From NCBI GenBank assembly GCA_035776655.1, contig DASTWK010000085.1, positions 1,141-65,140 of the forward strand: 64,000 nt of DNA, written 5' to 3'. The DNA comes from Mycobacteriales bacterium. Lineage in GTDB: Bacteria; Actinomycetota; Actinomycetes; JAFAQI01. Shown piece after piece: positions 32,183-39,608 of this stretch. The notes beneath the pieces are model-generated. The model worked only from the letters and a program-made list of their open reading frames with translations. It had not been told where the DNA came from and did no database searches. Each line of letters begins with the position of its first letter. Within the stretch, counting starts at the first letter, position 1. A program made the position numbers and the translations under genes.

Positions 32183-33064
32183 TCAGACGTCCGGGAACGT
32201 GTAGCCGACGCCGATCGGGCCCTGGTAGAGCGGCTTGTCGGTGTCGCCGTTGCCGTCGAGCACCTTGATCTGCGCGACCGGCTGTCCCGGCACGACCCGC
32301 CCGAGGGTGATGGTGGCGGTGCGGGCGTTGCTGCCCGGCACCGGTGAGTACGTCGTCTGGCCCGGCTGCTGCACGAGGATCTGCCCCGCCGTGGGCGCGG
32401 CCACGACGAGGCCGTCATCGACCGCGCCGCCCGACGCCGCCACCCGCACGATCGCGCTCACCTGCGCGGCGGCCGCGTCGATGTCGTGCACCGCGACCGC
32501 AGCGGTGGGGGCCGCCTGCAGCACGGCGCCGGCCACCGTGCGCCCACCGCTGGCGGCGACGAAGACCGTCGCGGCGCCGGCGTCGGTGTCGAAGACGGCG
32601 AGCGGCCGCAGGTGCTGCGGTGGATCGAAGCCCGCCGGGAGCTGCCCCGCCATCGACCGCTGCACCGCGGGCCAGTCGACCCACGCCACGGCCGCGTCCG
32701 GGACTCGTGGCCAGCTCATCGGGTAGTTCGTCGACGCCGCCGGTTGCCCGGTCGCGGTCGTGACCGGGCTGGGAGTGGCCGAAGCCGACGCCGCGGGTGA
32801 CGGGCTGGTCGCCGACGGCGTTCCCGACCCAGCGTGGGCGATGGGCGCGCGCAGCGTGTCGTTGTCACCGCCGCCGGTGAGGGTGAGTCCACCCACAACG
32901 GCGACGGCGGCGACGGCCGCCGTACCTGCCGTCGCAACGGCCACCCGGCGTCGGCGCAGCGTCCGTGCCCGCCGCTCCACGGCACCGAACAGGTCGACGG
33001 GTGCACCGACGTCCGCAGCGTGCTGGGTCAGCGTGTCGTGCAGGTGGGAGTCGAGCGGGCTCAT
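32183..33064 (-). CDS. Single-pass membrane protein cotranscribed with the ECF sigma (putative anti-sigma/partner)
   Basis: ATG 33064 overlaps the sigma stop (ATGA). It has a short cytoplasmic N-terminus, a TM helix (VAVATAGTAAVAAVAVVGGLTL), an Ala/Ser/Pro/Thr linker and then a approximately 200-aa external domain. No zinc anti-sigma (HxxxCxxC) motif is present. The track ORF start at 33283 is inside the sigma gene. Confidence 0.55.
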   Translation of the reverse strand: MSPLDSHLHDTLTQHAADVGAPVDLFGAVERRARTLRRRRVAVATAGTAAVAAVAVVGGLTLTGGGDNDTLRAPIAHAGSGTPSATSPSPAASASATPSPVTTATGQPAASTNYPMSWPRVPDAAVAWVDWPAVQRSMAGQLPAGFDPPQHLRPLAVFDTDAGAATVFVAASGGRTVAGAVLQAAPTAAVAVHDIDAAAAQVSAIVRVAASGGAVDDGLVVAAPTAGQILVQQPGQTTYSPVPGSNARTATITLGRVVPGQPVAQIKVLDGNGDTDKPLYQGPIGVGYTFPDV

Positions 33065-33606
33065 CGGTTGGCTCCTTGCAGCTCGATCGGGAGGTCGGCG
33101 CGCGCGTCGTGCTGCAGGCCCGCGTCGTCGCGCAGCTTGCGCAGTGCGCGCGAGACGGTGCTCTTCACGGTGCCGGTGGAGACACCCAGTGCGGCGGCAG
33201 TCTCGGCCTCGGACAGTTGCTCGTAGTAGCGCAACACCACGGCCGCACGTTGCCGGCGCGGCAGGCGGCCGAGAGCGTGCCACAGCGCGTCCCGCAGATC
33301 GGCGTCGGCGAAGGCGTCACCGGGCTGCGCGCGGCGGTCCAGCGCCTCGTCGTGCGGCACCGTCGTCAGGTGTCGGGACTTGCGCCACCAGGACGTGCGG
33401 GTGTTCACCATGACGCGCCGCACGTAACCGTCGATCGCCTCGCGGTCGCGGATCCGCGGCCAGGCGAGGTAGGTCTTCGCCAGCGCCGTCTGCACCAGGT
33501 CCTCGGCGTCCGCGCGGTTGCCGGTCATCAGATAAGCGGTGCGCAGCAGCGCAGATGAGGACGCCGTGACGTAGTCACGGAACTCCTCGCGAGCCGCTTG
33601 GTCCAC
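33061..33606 (-). CDS. ECF-type RNA polymerase sigma-70 factor
   Basis: Region 2 (DAEDLVQTALAKTYLAWPRI, YVRRVMVN) and region 4 HTH (RAAVVLRYYEQLSEAETAAALGVSTGTVKSTVSRAL). GAGGAGGA precedes GTG 33606. Confidence 0.9.
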   Translation of the reverse strand: MDQAAREEFRDYVTASSSALLRTAYLMTGNRADAEDLVQTALAKTYLAWPRIRDREAIDGYVRRVMVNTRTSWWRKSRHLTTVPHDEALDRRAQPGDAFADADLRDALWHALGRLPRRQRAAVVLRYYEQLSEAETAAALGVSTGTVKSTVSRALRKLRDDAGLQHDARADLPIELQGANR

Positions 33607-33715
33607 CGGTCCTCCTCGTGCGGACGGTCACTGTCTGCAGGTTGTGGGTTGCGCCGTGTCATGAAGCAGGACGCCGCCCCGGGGCCAGAGGTTGCTTCCC
33701 ACCTACGATCGGGGC

Positions 33716-34981
33716 GTGGACACGTTCGAGGTGACCGGAGGCGGGCGTCTCGCCGGCGAGGTGACCGTCACCGGCGCGAAGAACAGCGTGCTCAAGGTGA
33801 TGGCGGCCGCGCTGCTCGCCGAGGGTACGACGACGCTGTCCCGCGTCCCCGACATCATCGACGTCCCGATCATGAGTGAGGTGCTGCGCGGTCTCGGTGC
33901 CGAGGTGACCGGTCATGCGCCGCAGATCGAGATCGCCGTCCCCGCGACCTTGGGGCACGAGGCCGACTACGAGCACGTCCGCCGCATCCGGGGCTCGATC
34001 TGCGTGCTCGGCCCGCTGCTCGCGCGCACCGGCCGGGCGCAGGTCGCGCTGCCCGGTGGGGACGCGATCGGCTCCCGCGCGCTCGACCTGCACATCATGG
34101 GGCTCGAGCGGCTCGGGGCGCGCTTCGACAACGCGCACGGTTACCTGATCGCGGAGGCGCCGAAGCTCGCCGGCGCGCAGATCTGGCTGGACTTCCCCAG
34201 CGTGGGCGCCACCGAGAACATCATGATGGCGGCGGTGCTCGCCGAGGGCACCACGACGATCGACAACGCCGCGCGGGAGCCGGAGATCGTCGACCTCTGC
34301 GAGATGCTGATCGCGATGGGTGCGCGCATCGACGGCGTCGGCACCTCGTTGCTCGAGATCGAGGGCGTCGACTCCCTGCGCCCGACCCACCACGACGTCG
34401 TGCCGGACCGGATCGTCGCCGGCACCTTCGCCTTCGCTGCGGTGATGACCCGTGGCGACGTCGTCGTCCGCGGCGCCCGGCCCGAGCACCTCGACCTGGC
34501 CCTCGACAAGCTGGCTCAGGCGGGCGCGACGGTCACCCCCACCGACGACGGCTTCCGGGTGCGCTGCGACGACCGGCCCCGGGCGGTGGATTTCGTGACG
34601 CTGCCGTTCCCCGGCTTTCCCACCGACCTGCAGCCGATGGCCATCGCCCTGAACGCGATCGCCGACGGCGTCGCGTTCGTCACGGAGAACATCTTCGAGG
34701 GCCGGTTCATGTTCATCGACGAGCTGCTCCGGCTCGGAGCCGACGTCCGCACCGACGGTCACCACGCGATCGTGCGCGGCCGGGACCGGCTGTCCGGCGC
34801 GCCGGTGCGGGCGACGGACATCCGAGCCGGTGCCGCGCTCGTGCTGGCCGGCCTGGTGGCCGACGGTACGACGACGATCGCCGACGTCCACCACGTCGAC
34901 CGGGGCTACCAGGACTTCGTCGAGTCACTGCAGTCGCTCGGCGCCGTCGTCCGGCGCCGACCGGACGACGCGCTGTTGTGA
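33716..34981 (+). CDS. murA: UDP-N-acetylglucosamine 1-carboxyvinyltransferase
   Basis: [44 protein letters not shown]. The likely start is GTG 33716 (VDTFEV...); the track gives TTG 33692. Confidence 0.95.
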   Translation: MDTFEVTGGGRLAGEVTVTGAKNSVLKVMAAALLAEGTTTLSRVPDIIDVPIMSEVLRGLGAEVTGHAPQIEIAVPATLGHEADYEHVRRIRGSICVLGPLLARTGRAQVALPGGDAIGSRALDLHIMGLERLGARFDNAHGYLIAEAPKLAGAQIWLDFPSVGATENIMMAAVLAEGTTTIDNAAREPEIVDLCEMLIAMGARIDGVGTSLLEIEGVDSLRPTHHDVVPDRIVAGTFAFAAVMTRGDVVVRGARPEHLDLALDKLAQAGATVTPTDDGFRVRCDDRPRAVDFVTLPFPGFPTDLQPMAIALNAIADGVAFVTENIFEGRFMFIDELLRLGADVRTDGHHAIVRGRDRLSGAPVRATDIRAGAALVLAGLVADGTTTIADVHHVDRGYQDFVESLQSLGAVVRRRPDDALL

Positions 34982-35001
34982 CCCGGGACGAGGTCTGACA
35001 G

Positions 35002-35024
35002 ATCCGGCCCGGACCGCCGGATTT
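35002..35024 (+). terminator. Intrinsic-terminator-like hairpin after murA
   Basis: ATCCGGC (35002-35008) pairs with GCCGGAT (35016-35022) around a 7-nt loop, followed by TT(T). Confidence 0.4.
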
Positions 35025-35140
35025 GGGACATATCGTCCCCAGAGGGCGATCCGGCGTGGCAACCGAACGGGTGCGCGTCGCGTCAATACCGTGTGAACAC
35101 CTGGCCGCTGGTCGACCCAGCGCCGGGGGCGGGAGGTGCC

Positions 35141-35470
35141 ATGGAGGTCCGGGTGATCCGGCCGGGGGCGGCGCTCGCGCTGTCCGGGCGCCTCGGAGCC
35201 GCCACCGTGGCCGACGTGCGGGCCGCCCTCGGCGCGGCCATCGACGCCGGGGTGGACGATCTGCTCGTCGACCTGCATGAGGTCGAGCTGGTCGACGCGA
35301 CCGGTCTCGGCGTGCTGGTCGGCGCCCACCGTCGGGCCGACCGGGTCGGGCGCCGGCTGGTGCTGCAGCGGGTGCCGGCCCGCATCGAGCGGCTCCTGCT
35401 CGCCACCCGGCTGCACCGGGTGCTGACCGTCGACCGGATGATCACGCTCGACGACCCGGTTTCCGCCTGA
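35141..35470 (+). CDS. STAS-domain protein (anti-sigma-factor antagonist family)
   Basis: LALSGRLGAATVADVRAAL...LLVDLHEVELVDATGLGVLVGAHRR...RLVLQRVPARIERLL. GGGAGG precedes ATG 35141. No partner kinase or phosphatase is adjacent. Confidence 0.8.
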   Translation: MEVRVIRPGAALALSGRLGAATVADVRAALGAAIDAGVDDLLVDLHEVELVDATGLGVLVGAHRRADRVGRRLVLQRVPARIERLLLATRLHRVLTVDRMITLDDPVSA

Positions 35471-35479
35471 GGGTCGGGT

Positions 35480-37807
35480 TCAGCGCAACGAGATCGTCGT
35501 CCGGCCCTTGCCGAGGGTGAGCGTCACCTGACCCTGCTCCGCCACGCGGGTCGCGTGTCCGGACCCGCGGATCAGCGTCTCCGGGGGCAGGTGCAGCAAG
35601 GTCAACCGGGTCGGGCCGTCGGTCGTCACGACCAGCCGGCCAGAGGTGATCCGTGCGCGCCGCATGTCCAGGCCCAGCGCCGCCACGTTGCTGGCGCGCA
35701 CCGTCAGCACGGGGCGGCGCGGCTGGTCCGCTCCGACCTTCCAGGTGTTGTCCGTGACCAGAGCCGGCGTCGGGTCGCCGGGAACGTCCACGTTGCGCTG
35801 GGTGTTGACCTGCATCACCCGAGGGTTGGCCAACTCGTAGCTCGTGGCGTCGACGGACGCCAGGGCGCTGCCGGTGGAGACCCGGCCGCGCAGGCCGCGG
35901 ACCCAATACGCGCCGGTGGGTCCGATGCCGAGCTTCGGGTCACGCAGGACCGGATACCACCGATAGGTCACGTGGCCGGGGTTGCGCACTCGCGTCGTCG
36001 TACCGAGCTGAGCGATGGCGTGCGAGAACCCGTCCTGCGTCGCGTAGACCAGGTGGTCTTCGGCCGGGTAGAGCTCGAAGTGGTAGCGATAGCCGAGCCG
36101 GTCGAACGTCTGGATCTGTTGCAGCACGCTGGTGACCGGCACCAGCTCGTCGGCGACCCCGTCGGCCATCACGTAGGGCAGCCAGCGGGCGTTGACGACC
36201 ATCGGCGTGGTGTCACCGGCCTCGGTGCACCGACCCGGCCCGCCGCCACCCCCGACGCCCTCGAGGACGCGCAGCCCGCATCCGGGCGGCCCCGCCAGCG
36301 GCATCGCCTTCGCGAACAGGTCGGGATATTCGAGCCCGAGCTTGTAGGAGGCGAAGCCGCCCATCGAATAACCGGAGATGACTGTCCGCTCGGGGTCGAG
36401 CGAGTAGGTCGTCGCCAGGGCGTGCCAGACCGCCCAGAAGTCCCGCTCGGCTTCGTCGAAGTACCAGCCGTCGGGGCCGTAGCCGAGCGTCGTCGCGCAG
36501 ATCGAGTGCCGGTCCTCGCACTCCTGCTGGATCATCGACGGGTCGAGAGCGCCGTACTGGTTGTGCATCACCGACAGCGAGTGCAGGATCCACGTCAGCG
36601 GGGTGCGGGTGCGCGGGTCATAGGACGTCGGCACGTAGACGGCGTACGGCTGCACCCGGCCGAGGAAGTTGGGCCGCAGGTCCCCACTGCCGCTGCCCGA
36701 GTCGTGCACCACACCCTGCCCGAGGTGCAGCGACGAGACGTACCACCGGTTGGTGTAGCCGGACGGGAGCGGCTCCGGTGTCGTGTCCCCAGCCGCCAGC
36801 CGTGACCACGTCACCGGGAGCGCGAATGCGCTGACGTCACCGCTGGTGAGCGCGTCCGCCTGGTGGTCCTCCATCCAGAAGTTGCCGTAGCGCACGCCGC
36901 GGGCGAGGCCGTTGCCCTCGAGCTCGCCCTGGTCACCGCTCGGCTTGTAGACCGGCGGCTCCTGCAGGTAGCTGCGGAACGTGACGTTGTAGACCGCCGG
37001 TTGTCCCGGCAGCGCGCCGTCCTGCGTCGCTACGGCGGCGAAGGCGGTGTCGCTGTCGTCGGCGACCCCGGCGGCGAGGCGCACCTGCCAGATGCCGCTG
37101 ACCGGCAGCACCGAGCGCGGCACCCGCACGAGGAACGTCCGGGCGTTGCGGTCGACGGTGGTGTGCAGCCGGGCCAGCGTCTTGCCATCCGCGGCATCGA
37201 CGAGCCGCGCACCGTTCGCCGACACGACCAGAGCGCGGTCGATGCCGGGCGAGCGCACGCCGGCCCCGGCCGGCCACGTCGCCGCACCGGTGCGAGTGTC
37301 GGTGTCGGTGTCGAGGGCCCACTCGGCGATGGGGACGCGCGGGTCGACGAGCGTGTTCCAGTCGACGCGCCAGTACGACGCGTGCCGGTCCAGCCCGACC
37401 GCCGCGCGGAAGATGTCCGCTCCGTTGTTGCGTGCCTTCGGGTTGGCGTAGACGTAGGTGCCGTCGCTGGGAGCGAGGGTCGCGATCGGTGTGTCGACGA
37501 TGGCGCCGCGTGCACCGTGGTCGTCGTAGAGGAAGTCGCTCCAGAACGTGGCACCGCCGGCGAGTCGTCCGGTGCCGGAGGTGCGGGGGAACTGCTCGCC
37601 GAACGGCCACCCGTGCGGGACCGGCAGGCGCGGCTCCGCCTGGTACGCCGCCGGCGGCGCGCCGGAGGGGATGCCTTGCAGTCCCGGATGAACGCCGACC
37701 TCACGCGCGGCGTGGGGCGCGGCCTGCACGGCCGCGGTCGCGGTCGCGGCGCCGACACCGACGACCACGGCGGTGGCGGTGAGCAGGGCGGTGCGACGGT
37801 GCAGCAC
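35480..37807 (-). CDS. Secreted (Tat-type signal) alpha/beta-hydrolase-fold protein with a large N-terminal domain of unknown function
   Basis: AGGAGG lies 5 nt before GTG 37807. The signal is VLHRRTALLTATAVVVGVGAATATAAVQA. The nucleophile elbow is ISGYSMGGFASYKLG, with later D and H candidates. Sub-family (esterase versus peptidase) is not assignable by eye. Confidence 0.75.
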   Translation of the reverse strand: MLHRRTALLTATAVVVGVGAATATAAVQAAPHAAREVGVHPGLQGIPSGAPPAAYQAEPRLPVPHGWPFGEQFPRTSGTGRLAGGATFWSDFLYDDHGARGAIVDTPIATLAPSDGTYVYANPKARNNGADIFRAAVGLDRHASYWRVDWNTLVDPRVPIAEWALDTDTDTRTGAATWPAGAGVRSPGIDRALVVSANGARLVDAADGKTLARLHTTVDRNARTFLVRVPRSVLPVSGIWQVRLAAGVADDSDTAFAAVATQDGALPGQPAVYNVTFRSYLQEPPVYKPSGDQGELEGNGLARGVRYGNFWMEDHQADALTSGDVSAFALPVTWSRLAAGDTTPEPLPSGYTNRWYVSSLHLGQGVVHDSGSGSGDLRPNFLGRVQPYAVYVPTSYDPRTRTPLTWILHSLSVMHNQYGALDPSMIQQECEDRHSICATTLGYGPDGWYFDEAERDFWAVWHALATTYSLDPERTVISGYSMGGFASYKLGLEYPDLFAKAMPLAGPPGCGLRVLEGVGGGGGPGRCTEAGDTTPMVVNARWLPYVMADGVADELVPVTSVLQQIQTFDRLGYRYHFELYPAEDHLVYATQDGFSHAIAQLGTTTRVRNPGHVTYRWYPVLRDPKLGIGPTGAYWVRGLRGRVSTGSALASVDATSYELANPRVMQVNTQRNVDVPGDPTPALVTDNTWKVGADQPRRPVLTVRASNVAALGLDMRRARITSGRLVVTTDGPTRLTLLHLPPETLIRGSGHATRVAEQGQVTLTLGKGRTTISLR

Positions 37808-37926
37808 TGTGCCTCCTGGGGGAGCGGGACGTGCTGGCACAGACTTCCTCGTCGGGACTTCGAAATCCTGCCCTCGGTCACCGCCCGTTCGGGTGCGCTG
37901 CCGGCCGAGCCAGCGGTGACGGGGCG

Positions 37927-39450
37927 TCAGCCGGTCGGCACGGGGTCCGGCAGCGGCTTGCAGAGGTAGTCGGGGCCGTCGCCGCTCGCCCGCGGCGGAC
38001 GGTGCCCGGTCGCCAGGTAGCGCGCGATGCGGTTGTCGACACAGCCGTCGCCGGACAGCGTGTCGGCGTGGGTGGCGCCGCCGGGCTCGGCGATCAGGCT
38101 CGAGTTGGGGAACAGCCGGCGCACTTCGAGGCTGCCCGCGAACGGTGTGGCCGCGTCGAGGGTTTCGTCGATGAGCAACGCGCTACGCACGTGGCTGCCG
38201 TCGATCGTGACCGGAGTCCGGGCGGGGGCGTGCCACCAGTGGCACGGCGCGTTGAACCAGGTGTTGTCCCAGGTCATGAACGGTGCCTTGGCGGCTACTC
38301 GGCGCGAGTCGTCACGCCAGCGACTCCAGTGGGCCGGCCAGTGCGCGTCGGTGCACTCCACGCCGAGGTAGCCGGCGTAGCTGTTGTCGTCGCTGCGGTC
38401 GGTCGAGCTGCTGTAGAAGTTCGCGGTCGGGCGCCAGTGCCCGCCGTGCACGTAGCGGGAGAACGCGTTGCCGAGCGAGACCCAGGTGCTGCGGTAGTAG
38501 CCCGCGTAGAGGTAGGCGTCGGTCCACTCGGCCGGACCCAGCTTCCCACCGGCCGGGTGGGCCGCGAGGGTGTTGAGCGCGGCGTACCAACGCTCACGGA
38601 CGGCCTTGGTCGTCTGTCCGAGGTGGAAGTGCGAGTGATATTTCGCCAGCCAGTGGAACCAGATGTTGCTGTTGCGGTTGAACGCGCGGTCCTGGTCGAG
38701 GTTGGCGGCGTACCAGACCCGGCGCGGATCGACGCTGCTGTCGAGCACCATCCGGCGCAGGTGGCTCGGGAACATCGACGCGTAGACCTGGCCCAGATAG
38801 GTGCCGTAGGAGAAGCCGTAGAAGCTGATCTGGCGCTGGCCGAGCGCCTGCCGAAGCGCGTCCATGTCCCGTGCGGAGTCAGCGGTGGTGAGGTGCTGGA
38901 TCAGGTTGGGGTGCTTCTCGGCGCACGCGTCGGCGTAGTGGCGCGAGCGGTCCTTCCAGACCTGCATGAGGTGGGCCGTGCGCGGGCGGTAGTCCGGCCG
39001 GTCGAAGTGGAAGTAGTGACGCAGGCAGTGCAGTGCCGGCTTGCTCTGGCCGACCCCGCGCGGGTCGAAACCGATCCAGTCGTAGTCACCGCCGACGCCG
39101 TTGGGGACGGCTCGCCCGAGCGAGGACAGGGCGAGACCCGAGCCACCGGGTCCGCCCGGGTTGACGAGAATCGCGCCCTGGTAGTCAGCGGCCGATGAGG
39201 TGTGTGGCACCTCGCTCACCGCGAGCTTGATGGTCGGGCCGTTGGGGTGCGCATAGTCCAACGGCACGACGAGGAAGCCGCATCGGGCGCGGCTGTCGTA
39301 GACGTTGAAGCCGTCACACGAGCCGAACGAGAGGCTGCGGGTGCCGGCGGAGGTGCTGGCGTGGCCGTTGGTCTCGGCGCCCACCGGGAGGCTGCTGGTG
39401 GCTGCGGTGATGGCGGCGACCACCGCGACGGTCACGCTCAGTCTCTTCAC
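37927..39450 (-). CDS. Secreted alpha/beta hydrolase of the tripeptidyl-aminopeptidase (peptidase S33, Tap-like) family
   Basis: Signal peptide MKRLSVTVAVVAAITAATSSLPVGA. Also LVNPGGPGGSGL, the nucleophile motif FYGFSYGTYLG, and the C-terminal GGATHADTL typical of Streptomyces Tap-like enzymes. Confidence 0.8.
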   Translation of the reverse strand: MKRLSVTVAVVAAITAATSSLPVGAETNGHASTSAGTRSLSFGSCDGFNVYDSRARCGFLVVPLDYAHPNGPTIKLAVSEVPHTSSAADYQGAILVNPGGPGGSGLALSSLGRAVPNGVGGDYDWIGFDPRGVGQSKPALHCLRHYFHFDRPDYRPRTAHLMQVWKDRSRHYADACAEKHPNLIQHLTTADSARDMDALRQALGQRQISFYGFSYGTYLGQVYASMFPSHLRRMVLDSSVDPRRVWYAANLDQDRAFNRNSNIWFHWLAKYHSHFHLGQTTKAVRERWYAALNTLAAHPAGGKLGPAEWTDAYLYAGYYRSTWVSLGNAFSRYVHGGHWRPTANFYSSSTDRSDDNSYAGYLGVECTDAHWPAHWSRWRDDSRRVAAKAPFMTWDNTWFNAPCHWWHAPARTPVTIDGSHVRSALLIDETLDAATPFAGSLEVRRLFPNSSLIAEPGGATHADTLSGDGCVDNRIARYLATGHRPPRASGDGPDYLCKPLPDPVPTG

Positions 39451-39608
39451 CTGACCAAGTTATCCCCGAGTGTCCGACTCCACCCAACGGTTGCGGATTT
39501 CGGTCAGAGTGGACATTTCTTCTGGCACGGTCTATATCGGTCTGGCACGCTGCACTCGTCATGGATCGTTTGTGTCGGTAGGGGCCGCCGGCGCACCAGG
39601 GGGGAACG

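Noticed and set aside
33607-33715. ECF-type autoregulatory promoter (GGAAC ... CGT/GTC) upstream of the sigma gene.
   Set aside because: The only GGAAG-like element lies about 22 nt from the nearest GTC. That is outside the 16-18 nt spacing I would accept, so it is not supportable by eye.
39521-39560. TGGCACG sequences resembling the -24 element of sigma-54 promoters.
   Set aside because: No TTGC -12 element lies at the required spacing, and actinobacteria lack sigma-54. The repeat itself is kept as a low-interest finding.
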